From the NCBI GenBank assembly GCA_949290295.1, contig CASERH010000014.1, forward strand, positions 1 to 54,119: a stretch of DNA of 54,119 nt, in the 5' to 3' direction. Position numbers and translations under genes: made by a program. The stretch comes from an uncultured Pseudomonadota bacterium (GTDB taxonomy: Bacteria > Pseudomonadota > Alphaproteobacteria > RF32 > CAG-239). Positions 17,903-28,084 of this stretch are shown here, one piece after another. The notes beneath the pieces are model-generated. The model was not told where the DNA came from and searched no databases. It worked only from the letters and a program-made list of their open reading frames with translations. Numbering within the stretch: the first letter of the stretch is position 1; each line of letters begins with the position of its first letter.

Positions 17903-20444
17903 TGGCTATCCTTTCAGCTTGGTGAGCCAAACGGCGTTGAGACAGGCGCAAAGCTATAATCAATATGCACAAAATTAACAGTGGCAAAATGAAGTTTATT
18001 CCCATAAACGTACCTAACTTTAATTTATAGGTATCAACAATGTCTTGTTTTAATTGCCGCTCTTCTTGTCTTAATTCTAGCCGACGGCGTTCTAAATCTT
18101 CCAATTTCTTAGTGACTTGGATTGATGGTAATATCTCCTGATGTTCAATTTTGTAGAGCATGGTGCTCTGTTCTTTTAAAACTTTTGTTTGTTCCGTGCT
18201 GATATCAAATTGTTTTTGTGCGAAAATTTCTTCCGTTCTCAGCAATAATACGGCTCCTATCGGTGTGGAGGTAACCGGAGAAACTTTGGGAGAAACACTC
18301 AAAATTTTTGTGTTGCCACTCATATAATCAACCGCGCGTTCTATAAAGTCCATATTGCCGCTATAAGGAATAAAGTCATAAATATCTTGTTCTTCTTGTT
18401 TATTGGCATTCCATAGTCCGGAGGTTAGGATATCACTGTCGGCCACCACCAATAAACGCCCAGGTTTTAGTGACACGCTTAAAAACGGCAACAGTTTTTC
18501 AAAATATTCTTTTGTATTAAATAAAGGTTCTTTAAAGAGAGACGTGAAATTTCCTTCTTTTAAGACCGCCAAAACTTTTGCCTTATCCTCTGAGCTATAA
18601 TTTGCAAGCGTTTCAGCTAAGCTTGCATACCTAATATAAGCCGCATCTACGCTGCCGCTGTTCTCCGAGGTCGTAAACAAGATCTCTGTTCCCTCCTCGG
18701 GGGAAACATCCAGCCAACCCGCCGTGTTTAGTGCCAGAGGTTTTAATCCTGCCAAGAAGCGATGTTTGTTGTTTTGCGGCAAAACGTTTATCCAAAACGG
18801 GTATTTTTCTTTAGCTTTTCCAAGGTCTAAACTGCGATTATACAGATTATCTCCTGCGACTTTGGTCTCATCATATCTAATCCCTGAATTTGCCAAGAAT
18901 TTGACTATATTTGAGCGTTCGGCAGCCTCACCGTTTTGGGCAAGAGCAGCCTCAGAAAAAGGATCGGCAAAAACAATCACGTTGCCGCCGCGCATGAGGT
19001 ATTGGTCTATGGCATAGAGCCCGATATTGGAAAGGCCTTTGGGATTTATAACCAGCAAGGCACTGATATCTTGCGGAATTTCTACCAGATTTGTTGAAAT
19101 GTGGCGCAAATTGTAATTATTTTTCAGCACCATTGCAAAGGGCCAATCTTGGGTATAGTCGAGGGCATCTCTTGATGATGTGACTTGAAACTCTGATGAC
19201 ATGATGCCTAAAGTTGGTTTTTGATATTCTCCCAAGCTACTTAAGATTCTGCTAATGTCATGCTCAAGGTATTCTCGGCGTCTGGGCTCCAGATAAGGTA
19301 TTGTCTTAAAGCGGCCGTTTTGGTCCGAGATGACCAAGCCAAAATATGGTTCGCCCTCACCGCCTCGGATGCCGGCCTTTTTAGCTTCTGCCTCCTCCGG
19401 GCTCAGGGGTGAAACTTTTATGGTTCGCAAACTTAGTTTGTTGTTGGAATTTAGCTGATATTGCTCAAGCAGGCGCAAAACATCTTGCGAATAGTTTTCC
19501 AGGTTTGCGTCCTTTTCCACCTCTGCTGATAAATACAAGCGCGCAAATAAGTTGTTCTTATTTTCTTTCAACCATGCCTTACTTTCATTGCTGAGGCTGA
19601 AGCGTTTATCGGGGCTTAGGTCCCATACCAAGGAGCTTCCGGCCAGGGCAATCGCCATATTGAAGGCGCAGAAGGACACAAGCAAACAAAAGCAAAATAT
19701 TCCGTATCTGCTTTGTTTGTTTTGCTGCCAGACTATTGTGGCTATGTTTAGCCACAGGGCGCCGCCGATGATACTTAAAAAGTAGCAAACGCCGCCAAAT
19801 GTTATTTGGCCTGCAATCAGATTATCAAAATGTTCTCCGAAATTTAGGGCGCCGCCGGCACGCAAAAGAGCCTCGGAAGAAAAGCCTAAATGTTCAACTA
19901 TGGTACTGAAGCTAATCAGAGAAAAGCCCAAACAAACAGCCAAGGACAAAACAAAAGCGCTGACCGGGTGTGATGTGAAGGCTGAGGCCGCCAGGCTCAG
20001 GGCGCAAAGAGCCCCGCACAGTAACCAACAAATCAGATAATTTTGCAAAATTCCTAAATTATCCGTATGAGTGACCAAAGAAGTTGAAATCCACAGACCA
20101 ATCGTCGAAAAGAGCATTACGCCGCACATGGCCCATACAGCCAAAAATTTGCCCACCGTCAGAGCCGTGTAGCTGATGGGCAGACTCAATGTCAGTTCCA
20201 GGGTTCCTGAGCGTTTTTCATCTGTCCATAACTTGATTGTGAGGGCCGGAATAATCAGTGTGAAAATGTTGGCTTGCAGTTTGAAAAATGAAATCAACTC
20301 CGGCTCAGAAGCAGAGATGAACGGGCTCTGAAAAAATGTTACGGCCATTGACAATATGGCATAGACGCCCAAAATCAGCCAAGCCATTCGGCTTTGGAAA
20401 AAAGAGTGAAATTCTTTTATGAAAACAGGCCAAATATTTTTCAT
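17895..20444 (-). CDS. Fused ABC-2 permease (GldF-like) and GldG-like auxiliary domain
   Basis: KEFHSFFQS, LWTDEKRSGTLELTLSLP, WDLSPDKRFSLS, AIDQYLMRGG and GRLLVVADSD. Confidence 0.85.
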   Translation of the reverse strand: MKNIWPVFIKEFHSFFQSRMAWLILGVYAILSMAVTFFQSPFISASEPELISFFKLQANIFTLIIPALTIKLWTDEKRSGTLELTLSLPISYTALTVGKFLAVWAMCGVMLFSTIGLWISTSLVTHTDNLGILQNYLICWLLCGALCALSLAASAFTSHPVSAFVLSLAVCLGFSLISFSTIVEHLGFSSEALLRAGGALNFGEHFDNLIAGQITFGGVCYFLSIIGGALWLNIATIVWQQNKQSRYGIFCFCLLVSFCAFNMAIALAGSSLVWDLSPDKRFSLSNESKAWLKENKNNLFARLYLSAEVEKDANLENYSQDVLRLLEQYQLNSNNKLSLRTIKVSPLSPEEAEAKKAGIRGGEGEPYFGLVISDQNGRFKTIPYLEPRRREYLEHDISRILSSLGEYQKPTLGIMSSEFQVTSSRDALDYTQDWPFAMVLKNNYNLRHISTNLVEIPQDISALLVINPKGLSNIGLYAIDQYLMRGGNVIVFADPFSEAALAQNGEAAERSNIVKFLANSGIRYDETKVAGDNLYNRSLDLGKAKEKYPFWINVLPQNNKHRFLAGLKPLALNTAGWLDVSPEEGTEILFTTSENSGSVDAAYIRYASLAETLANYSSEDKAKVLAVLKEGNFTSLFKEPLFNTKEYFEKLLPFLSVSLKPGRLLVVADSDILTSGLWNANKQEEQDIYDFIPYSGNMDFIERAVDYMSGNTKILSVSPKVSPVTSTPIGAVLLLRTEEIFAQKQFDISTEQTKVLKEQSTMLYKIEHQEILPSIQVTKKLEDLERRRLELRQEERQLKQDIVDTYKLKLGTFMGINFILPLLILCILIIALRLSQRRLAHQAERIANV

Positions 20445-20448
20445 TTTC

Positions 20449-21165
20449 TTACCTATCTGAGGTTATGGCGCGGAAGGCGGCTTCTATGTCGTTGGTTGGG
20501 GTTAGGCTTTTTAGTCCTACCGGCGTGGTATCGCAAATCAGTTTACCATGGTTTAAGAGCAATATTCTGTCGGCAAAAGCCTCAACATCTTCCATGATGT
20601 GGGTGGAAATTAGAACCGTGTGTTGACGCCCATAATCCTTTAGAAAATCTCTTATCATAAATTTTTGGTTGGGATCCAACCCCTCGGTTGGTTCATCCAG
20701 CAGCAAAACTTTGGGCCGATGCACAAGAGCTCCGGCCAAAGCCACGCGCCGCTTAAACCCCTTGGATAAGGTATCACAACGTTGGTTGATGACCTTTTCT
20801 AACTGTAGCTCTTGCACCAAAGATGCCAAATTATCCACAAAGTCAACTGCTGAAAGTTGATGAATGTTTGCCATAAAACGGATATATTCAACCACGCTCA
20901 TTTCGGGATAGAGCGCTCCGTTTTCGGGTACGTAGGCAAAGGAGGCTAATGCTTTGAGGCGATCTTCTTCAAATTTGAAGTCCTCTATTGAAATCTCGCC
21001 TTGGTCAGGAGAATAGTAGCCGCTCAAAAGTCTGAGCAAGGTCGTCTTGCCGGCACCGTTGGGGCCAAGAAGCGCTGCAACCTCTCCCTTTTGGAGGAAA
21101 AAACTTACATTATTTACAGCTTTTATTTTTCCGAATGACTTTGATATGTTTTTGACAATCAGCAT
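20449..21165 (-). CDS. ABC transporter ATP-binding protein (GldA-like)
   Basis: GPNGAGKTT, LSKGFKRR, LLLDEPT and ISTH. Confidence 0.93.
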   Translation of the reverse strand: MLIVKNISKSFGKIKAVNNVSFFLQKGEVAALLGPNGAGKTTLLRLLSGYYSPDQGEISIEDFKFEEDRLKALASFAYVPENGALYPEMSVVEYIRFMANIHQLSAVDFVDNLASLVQELQLEKVINQRCDTLSKGFKRRVALAGALVHRPKVLLLDEPTEGLDPNQKFMIRDFLKDYGRQHTVLISTHIMEDVEAFADRILLLNHGKLICDTTPVGLKSLTPTNDIEAAFRAITSDR

Positions 21166-21311
21166 ACTCTCACCATTGTTTGCTCAAATTCCTCCTTATT
21201 TTAACAAAATATTTTTAAATTTTAACAACTATTTTCATTTTTCAAAATCTTTGGTGACAAAATCGTTATTTTAATTTATGTATATATTAGTTTTAGTAAA
21301 GGATTTTAGTA

Positions 21312-21809
21312 ATGCAAACAACAGACGTCTACAGCAAAGAAGAAACAAAATACCTCAAAATCGGCTTTGGTGTGGCTTTGGCCATTCTTGTCATTGTTGG
21401 CTTTTGGCTTTTTGCCAACAACCGCGTGACACATTTGGAGGAAGGAAACTATTACCCCGTTAAGGCTCGATTTAACCGCACGGACGGTCTTTTGGTCGGC
21501 GATTTGGTGCGTCTGGCCGGAATGAATGTCGGCAAAGTTGTTGATGCTCAATTAGATGAAAATTTTAAAGCCGTTCTTACCTTGGAAGTCAAGGAAAACG
21601 TGCAGCTTCCCGATGACAGCAGCGCCTCTATCGTCAGTTCAGGGCTCATGGGGCCAAAATATATTGAGATTGAACCCGGCGGATCCTTTGATATGATTGC
21701 TCCCGGCGGCGAATTCTCTTATACGCAAGATGCTATGGTGTTTGAAGAACTACTTGACCGCATTGTCGGAATCGGTAAGGCTAACCGCCAGAAAAACAAG
21801 ACTAAATAA
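21312..21809 (+). CDS. mlaD: MlaD/MCE family protein
   Basis: DGLLVGDLVRLAGMNVGKV and LPDDSSASIVSSGLMGPKYIEIEPGG. Confidence 0.88.
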   Translation: MQTTDVYSKEETKYLKIGFGVALAILVIVGFWLFANNRVTHLEEGNYYPVKARFNRTDGLLVGDLVRLAGMNVGKVVDAQLDENFKAVLTLEVKENVQLPDDSSASIVSSGLMGPKYIEIEPGGSFDMIAPGGEFSYTQDAMVFEELLDRIVGIGKANRQKNKTK

Positions 21810-21831
21810 GATTTTTTAATGGAGAATACTA

Positions 21832-22293
21832 ATGAATAAAAGACCAGTTGAAACAATTATGGGAATCGTGGTCCTGGCTGTGGCCGCTTTTTTTGCCTAT
21901 TTTGCTTACAATGTCTCCGACCTTCAGGTTGTTAAGGGCTACAATGTTACTGCTAAATTCTTAAAGGTCGGCGGACTGACCGTTGGTTCTGATGTCAGAA
22001 TCAACGGTATTAAGGTCGGAACCGTTATCGGACAATCTTTGGATGATACCGACTACACTGCTGAGGTTAAAATGAGCTTGTCTTCCGATATCAAGCTACC
22101 GGTTGACAGTGTCGCCTCCATTGTTAGCGACGGATTGGTCGGTGATAAGTATATTAAATTTGAACCCGGCCACAAAACCGAATATCTTAAAGATGGCGAT
22201 GTTGTTAAAAACACCAAAGACTTTAAGGCCTTGGAAGATATGGTCGGCGAAATTATCTTTATGGTGACCGATGATGGCACTAATCAACAATAA
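21832..22293 (+). CDS. mlaD: MlaD/MCE family protein (second paralog)
   Basis: GGLTVGSDVRINGIKVG and ASIVSDGLVGDKYIKFEPG. Confidence 0.88.
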   Translation: MNKRPVETIMGIVVLAVAAFFAYFAYNVSDLQVVKGYNVTAKFLKVGGLTVGSDVRINGIKVGTVIGQSLDDTDYTAEVKMSLSSDIKLPVDSVASIVSDGLVGDKYIKFEPGHKTEYLKDGDVVKNTKDFKALEDMVGEIIFMVTDDGTNQQ

Positions 22294-23179
22294 AGCTCTG
22301 AAAACGACCGTTGCGGCTGTTGCCTTGTGCGCCTTTTGTGATGTTGCGGCGGCTGCTAACATTGAGACCAATATGGCGCATATGCAGGCCATGGACAAAA
22401 TCACCGGCCGTGTCAGCGAAATTGACGTTCCTGTTAATGGCGAGGCGAAATTCGGCAGTTTTTCTATTGTGGTGCGCCGTTGTGTGACCCGCTCTCCGGA
22501 GGAAACTCCCGAAAACACTGCTTTTGTTGATGTGGTGGATAATTATAATACCGATGATCCTATCAATATCTTTAAGGGGTGGATGTTTTCTTCAACTCCT
22601 GCTCTTAATGCCGTTGAACATCCGATTTATGATGTGTGGTTGCTTAAGTGCTATAATGCCGATCTTAAGGGAAAAAAGATTTTATCTGAAGATGAGCTTA
22701 TGTTGCGCGATGAAATTCCTATGCAGGAATCTCGGGAAGATGCCGAGCCGGTTGGTATAAGTGTTGGTAGCGACGATGAAACACCGGAAGATTCTGCCCC
22801 CGTTGCCGCCTCAGAAACTTCGGAAACACAAGAAACTTCCTCTGCTCATGAGGATGGTAATCAGGAGCTGCAAAATGAGGGAGAGGAAAAACCTCAGCCA
22901 GCTGAGGTGATTGCCGTGGTAGTTAATGATGAGACGCTTGCTCAGGATGACGGTGCGCCTAAGGCTCTGCTGCAAGTACAAACTCAGCCCCAGGAAAATG
23001 CTGAGGTTGAAGTTCCTCAACCGGAAGAAAATGCCGTTGCCGCTGAAAATGTAACTTCTCAAGATGATACGGTTTTGCCAGAGGCTGCCAATGCAGCTAT
23101 TGAAGATGAAAATGCCTATATTCCGACAGAAGATGAGGAAAACGGCTTTATTGCCGAAGATGAGGAATTTGCTCAGTAG
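22271..23179 (+). CDS. DUF2155 domain protein with a long acidic low-complexity tail
   Basis: AMDKITGR and IFKGWMFSSTPALNAVEHPIYDVWLLKC. Confidence 0.88.
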   Translation: MMALINNKALKTTVAAVALCAFCDVAAAANIETNMAHMQAMDKITGRVSEIDVPVNGEAKFGSFSIVVRRCVTRSPEETPENTAFVDVVDNYNTDDPINIFKGWMFSSTPALNAVEHPIYDVWLLKCYNADLKGKKILSEDELMLRDEIPMQESREDAEPVGISVGSDDETPEDSAPVAASETSETQETSSAHEDGNQELQNEGEEKPQPAEVIAVVVNDETLAQDDGAPKALLQVQTQPQENAEVEVPQPEENAVAAENVTSQDDTVLPEAANAAIEDENAYIPTEDEENGFIAEDEEFAQ

Positions 23180-23184
23180 CTTGA

Positions 23185-24603
23185 TTATTTCCAGAAGTTC
23201 TTGGTGAATATCACAACCACCGTCATGACTTCAAGGCGGCCGAAAATCATGGCAAAAGCCAATATGTATTTGGCTGTATCCGTTAGAGAAGAATAGTTTC
23301 CGGCAGGACCGATGATTTGCCCTATTCCCGGTCCGCTGTTGGTCATGCAGGCTATGACCGCACTGAAGGATGTTACAAAATCAAATCCGCAGGTTAGTAT
23401 TGCAATACTTAAGGAATATATGGTTAAAAATGTGAATATCGAACTGGTAACTTCATTACTGATATTGCTTTGCCCTATTTTTATAGGGACTAGACGATTG
23501 GGCTCTGTCGTGGTTATCAGAGCTTTTTTCAGGTAAGCAAACACCACCTGCCATCGGAATATTTTAATTGAACCGGCTGTTGAACCTGTGCAGCCGCCTG
23601 TTAGAGCAAATGCGATAAAAAGAGTGCCGGCAAAGATACTCCATTTCAGATAATCACAAGAAACAAAGCCCGTTGAAGTGACTATTGAGGTTATATTGAA
23701 TGCAGCCTGACGCAAAGCTGTTGAAAAGTCATAAATATCGGCTGACCACAGCCACAAGGTTACGCAGACAATATAAAAACTTAAAACTTTAATAAATGCT
23801 CCAACTTGTGAAGAACGTAGGGAGTGCAAGCTTTTTGTGGCCCATACGCTATGATAGAATGTTAGCGGAACGGCTCCTAAAAACATAAATATGGTAATAA
23901 TCCATTCTATGGAGGCACTCTGAAAAGCTCCGATAGATGCGTTTTTGGTTGACAGACCTCCCGTCGCAATCGTGGCTAATGCGTGGCAAATGGCATCAAA
24001 CCAGCCCATGCCGGCAAGTTTTAGTGATCCTAAGCAGAGCAAATTCAATATAATGTAAACCAAGATAATCCTTTTGGCTATGTAACTTATTTTTGGCATA
24101 AATTTCTCATTCACATCAGAATTTTCCCTCTGAAAAATTTGCATGCCACCAATGCCTAAAAAAGGAAGCAAGGCAATGGCAAAAATAACAATTCCTACCC
24201 CACCTAAGCCGTTTAATAAAGCTCGCCATAATAAAATTGATCTTGGTAAAGATTCTACATCTTTGTAGATACTGGCGCCCGTGGTGCTGATGCCGGATGC
24301 TGCCTCGAAAACTGCATCGGCCGGTGACGTACCGTACAAAATAAACGGCAATGCTGCCAGAAGCGCTACTGAAAACCAGCTAATGCAGGTAAGCAGATAT
24401 CCCTGTTGTTGTGAGATGTTGCGAATTTTATTGTTGTTAGCTAAAAATAAAGAAAGCCCTATAAAAAGAGATATAATGGAAGCGGTAATAAAATAGGACC
24501 AATTTGTTTGTGTATAATAGATGTCTATTCCGGCAGGAACTAACATTGCCAGTCCCAAGACGCTGATAAAATAACCGCTGATCATTAGTACCGGCTGCCA
24601 CAT
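23185..24603 (-). CDS. trkH: Trk potassium uptake membrane protein
   Basis: FEAASGISTTGA, GLGGVGIV, IATGGLS, STGF, GGCTGSTAGSIK, NSGPG and GRLE. Confidence 0.95.
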   Translation of the reverse strand: MWQPVLMISGYFISVLGLAMLVPAGIDIYYTQTNWSYFITASIISLFIGLSLFLANNNKIRNISQQQGYLLTCISWFSVALLAALPFILYGTSPADAVFEAASGISTTGASIYKDVESLPRSILLWRALLNGLGGVGIVIFAIALLPFLGIGGMQIFQRENSDVNEKFMPKISYIAKRIILVYIILNLLCLGSLKLAGMGWFDAICHALATIATGGLSTKNASIGAFQSASIEWIITIFMFLGAVPLTFYHSVWATKSLHSLRSSQVGAFIKVLSFYIVCVTLWLWSADIYDFSTALRQAAFNITSIVTSTGFVSCDYLKWSIFAGTLFIAFALTGGCTGSTAGSIKIFRWQVVFAYLKKALITTTEPNRLVPIKIGQSNISNEVTSSIFTFLTIYSLSIAILTCGFDFVTSFSAVIACMTNSGPGIGQIIGPAGNYSSLTDTAKYILAFAMIFGRLEVMTVVVIFTKNFWK

Positions 24604-24628
24604 ATGCTCTCTCCTTTTATGTTTGACT

Positions 24629-25393
24629 TTAGTCTAAAGCAACGTTTTTTGAATATCCCAAAGTCACCAATTCGTAATTTAGTCTTTTATCTCCGACACT
24701 GCAAATACCGGTGGCTATGGCTTGATAGGTGTAGGCCTTTATTATACAAGACACTTCTTGGTTCCGTGTAGTCTGGCGCAAATATTCCTCTGCTTTTTTG
24801 CCATTTTCAGATTGAGGATCAACATAGATGCCATAGAGGAATATATCAACACCTTCAACCACAATCTCATTGGCATTGACAATCTCTGCTCGACCGGAAA
24901 TTTTTTTTGGTTCATCTAAATATACCAAATCAAGTTTCTTCTGGGTGGCGGTTTGAGGTTCTGTTTTGGTTACTTGTGCCGGCTCCCTTACCACTACAGG
25001 AGCTGATTTGGCCCGTTCAAACATCCTGCGACCACTAGGCTTAATTGGCATATCGACGACTTTTACGGCAGGTGTTTGAGGTTTGCTCTGCGGCTCAACA
25101 TCAACAACCTGCGGGATTTCTTCCATAATCTCTTTGGCTTTATCGGCCACCTTGTCTGTTACCTGAGAGGAAGAATTTTTTATATGATTCCAGTACCATA
25201 AATGGACCTCTGTGGGTTTGACTCCCTGAAAGGTCGGGGCTAAAAACAACACCAGAACAATCAACAAGGTCCACAAAGGCTTGCGCAGTGGAAAAGTTAC
25301 CAACAAAAATAATCGGTGGAAGAACTTGGCCCAACCCTTGGCCGGGCCGATATAGTCATCTTGTTTTTCTCTTCTTTTGCGGCGACCAATCAT
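24629..25393 (-). CDS. Membrane-anchored protein with degenerate thermonuclease (SNase)-like C-terminal domain
   Basis: TM near the N-terminus; ISGRAEIVNANEIVV...IFLYGI...VSC...GICSVGDKRLNYELVTLGYS resembles the alphaproteobacterial SNase fold. Confidence 0.6.
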   Translation of the reverse strand: MIGRRKRREKQDDYIGPAKGWAKFFHRLFLLVTFPLRKPLWTLLIVLVLFLAPTFQGVKPTEVHLWYWNHIKNSSSQVTDKVADKAKEIMEEIPQVVDVEPQSKPQTPAVKVVDMPIKPSGRRMFERAKSAPVVVREPAQVTKTEPQTATQKKLDLVYLDEPKKISGRAEIVNANEIVVEGVDIFLYGIYVDPQSENGKKAEEYLRQTTRNQEVSCIIKAYTYQAIATGICSVGDKRLNYELVTLGYSKNVALD

Positions 25394-27090
25394 TATTTGC
25401 TGCTCCCGTATTTTTGCTTTAATTCCTCTACTCTTTCCGGAGTAATACGCTCAAACAATGTCTCGCCTACCACAAATGGATGGCCAGCCTTGAGGGCTGC
25501 AATCTCTTTGCTGATATCAAAATCTTTGAGGCACGGCATATCTTCCGGTTTTAAGCCTAATCTTTCTAACATGGATGCAGAAACCTCGGGCATTACCGGC
25601 GCGCTCAGAACCGCAAAAATTCTTATCAAATTTATACAGGTGCGCAAAATGGTTTCTGCCCGTTTGGCATCTGTCTTAATCACTGTCCAAGGTTCTGTTA
25701 CAGAGATATAGTTGTTGCCTTCTACCCAGATGGCACGAAGCTCATTCATAGCTTTGCGGAATTCCATCTCATCCATGTATTTGAGGTAATCATTTACTCT
25801 TGTTTGCAGAGTGGCTATCAGCTCTTTCTCGGGAGCTTCAAACTCGCCGCCTTCAGGCACAGCATCACCAATTTTGGATGATGTCATTTTCAAAACGCGA
25901 GAGACAAAATTGCCCAAGACGCCGTTTAAGTCCTTATTAACCACGGCAGCAAATAAATCAAAGCTGAAAGATGCATCGGAGCCCTCGGGCGCATTGCTCA
26001 TCAGCCAATAACGCCAGTAGTCTGCGGGAAATTCTTTGATGGCATCTTCGGCAAAAATGCCGCGTTTTTCAGACTTGGAGAACTTGCCTCCCTCGTAGGT
26101 CAGGTAGCTCATACCTTTCAAATAATCCACCTGCGTCCAGTTCTCTCCGGTGCCCAAAAGTGTGGCAGGAAAAGTGATGGAGTGATAAGGAACATTGTCT
26201 TTGCCCATAAACTCCACATGGCGGACATCTTTGGCATCTAGCCACCAATCTTTCCAGTTGCGCTCACGAGGTTTTTCATCTGACCATTGTTTAGTGATGC
26301 CGATATAGCCAATCGGAGCATCAAACCAGACGTAGAAAACTTTATCTTCATAACCTGGCTTATTGACCGGGAATCCCCATTTGAGGTCACGAGTAATGCA
26401 ACGCTCCTGCAAACCCTCTTTGAGCCATTTTTGGGCAATGGTGTAGGCAACATCCGGCCAGAACGGCTCTTTGGTTTTTATCCACTCAGCCAAGCGTTTT
26501 TCCAACTTAGGTAGGTCTAAAAACAGGTGTTTTGTCTCCCGCACCTCCAAGTTGGTGGAGCCGGAAACCGAACTTCTCGGATTAATCAAGTCTGTGGGTT
26601 CTAAAACCTTGGTGCAGTTTTCACACTGGTCGCCGCGGGCTTTTTCATAACCGCAATAAGGGCATGTGCCGGTAATGTAGCGGTCGGCCAAAAACATCTT
26701 ATCATCCACCGAATAAACTTGTTTGATGGTGCGTTCTTCAATATAGCCGTTTTTATCTAACTGCTCAAAGATATGATATGTCATCTCTTTATTTTGTTCT
26801 GAAGATGTGCGGCCAAAATAGTCAAATGACAAATTAAAATCTTTATAAGTTTGCGCATGGCGGGCATGATACATATCGCAATAGGCCTGAACATCCATAC
26901 CCTCTTTTAAGGCGCCTACTTCTGATGTAGTGCCGTGTTCATCGGTTCCGGCAATGTAAAGCACCTCGTTGCCCAGCATTCGCATATAGCGGGCATAGAT
27001 ATCGGACGGCAGCAAGCAGCCGACCATGTGACCCAGGTGCGGAACACCGTTGATATATGGTAACGCTGAGGTAACAAGCACTTTAGACAT
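25393..27090 (-). CDS. metG: Methionine--tRNA ligase
   Basis: PYINGVPHLGH, GTDEHG, Zn knuckle CPYC...CENC, YVWFDA and KFSKS. Confidence 0.97.
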   Translation of the reverse strand: MSKVLVTSALPYINGVPHLGHMVGCLLPSDIYARYMRMLGNEVLYIAGTDEHGTTSEVGALKEGMDVQAYCDMYHARHAQTYKDFNLSFDYFGRTSSEQNKEMTYHIFEQLDKNGYIEERTIKQVYSVDDKMFLADRYITGTCPYCGYEKARGDQCENCTKVLEPTDLINPRSSVSGSTNLEVRETKHLFLDLPKLEKRLAEWIKTKEPFWPDVAYTIAQKWLKEGLQERCITRDLKWGFPVNKPGYEDKVFYVWFDAPIGYIGITKQWSDEKPRERNWKDWWLDAKDVRHVEFMGKDNVPYHSITFPATLLGTGENWTQVDYLKGMSYLTYEGGKFSKSEKRGIFAEDAIKEFPADYWRYWLMSNAPEGSDASFSFDLFAAVVNKDLNGVLGNFVSRVLKMTSSKIGDAVPEGGEFEAPEKELIATLQTRVNDYLKYMDEMEFRKAMNELRAIWVEGNNYISVTEPWTVIKTDAKRAETILRTCINLIRIFAVLSAPVMPEVSASMLERLGLKPEDMPCLKDFDISKEIAALKAGHPFVVGETLFERITPERVEELKQKYGSSK

Positions 27091-27210
27091 TTATAAATTC
27101 TCCTGATTTATTTTTTGTTTTTCTTTATCGGCGCCTAGTTTACAACAAATTCAGATTTTCTCAAGAACTTTCTATTCTTAAGGCAAACATTAGCTGCTCA
27201 TGAAAAAATG

Positions 27211-28071
27211 TTATTTGTTGCCTTTTTGCAAAAACTCGGGCAGTTTTTTCAGTTTGGAGGCTCCAGCCGCGCGAACATGTCCGCCGCCGCCCAATATGGC
27301 CGCTATTTTAGAAACGTCTATCCCCTCTTTGGCGGTGTAAAAAGACAAATTCCAATTGTTTCTCTTGTTCATAAAGAAATTGCACATGAAATCATATTCT
27401 TTGATATTGGGCAAGGAATCGAAAAACTCCGAATACCCTTGCGGCATATTGGCACAAATACACTTATACCCCATATACTCGCTCTCAAACGCCATGCTAT
27501 GTGACAAGCGGATGTTGCGCACCTTTATCCAAGACAATATTGCCCTACCTTTTTCTACCATTTCTTCAATATTCATCTTGCCGCTTAGCAAATCATCCCA
27601 GGTCTTATCGGTCGGCCTGTTTACTCCTAAAGACTGAAAAGCATATTCAAACGGGCGCACACGTGCATCTCTTAAGTCAAAAATATCATTTAAGCCAAGT
27701 AACTTCACACCCTCGGGAGCTTCTGTTTGCGGATAAAAATATTCCCAGGTGAGGCAAATGGCCGCGGTGCCTATTCTCCTCAAGCCCTTTATCTCTTTAC
27801 CTGCTCCTTTTTTCATGGCCTCATCATATTCATTAATCACTGAGGCGTGGTGATCTATCCAGGTTAAGTCCTTGCTCTCATTTAGCTCAAACATAAATTC
27901 AAGCGGAAGTGCAATATCGCAAATGATTATCTTCTCATGTTGTCTTATATCGTCAAAAGGTACTTCCATATCATGATTTAACCCCAAAAGCTCCGCCTCA
28001 GGGTACAATCTTTTGACAATGGCGGCAGAGCCTTTGCCGTCGTGGTCTGCTATATGGAAAATACACAACAT
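27211..28071 (-). CDS. DHH/DHHA1 family phosphoesterase
   Basis: HIADHDG, WIDHH and GGGGHVRAAG. Confidence 0.9.
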   Translation of the reverse strand: MLCIFHIADHDGKGSAAIVKRLYPEAELLGLNHDMEVPFDDIRQHEKIIICDIALPLEFMFELNESKDLTWIDHHASVINEYDEAMKKGAGKEIKGLRRIGTAAICLTWEYFYPQTEAPEGVKLLGLNDIFDLRDARVRPFEYAFQSLGVNRPTDKTWDDLLSGKMNIEEMVEKGRAILSWIKVRNIRLSHSMAFESEYMGYKCICANMPQGYSEFFDSLPNIKEYDFMCNFFMNKRNNWNLSFYTAKEGIDVSKIAAILGGGGHVRAAGASKLKKLPEFLQKGNK

Positions 28072-28084
28072 CTCTTTCTTCCTC

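Noticed and set aside
20831-20839. DnaA box TTATCCACA
   Set aside because: Single copy inside a CDS; no box cluster or oriC features.
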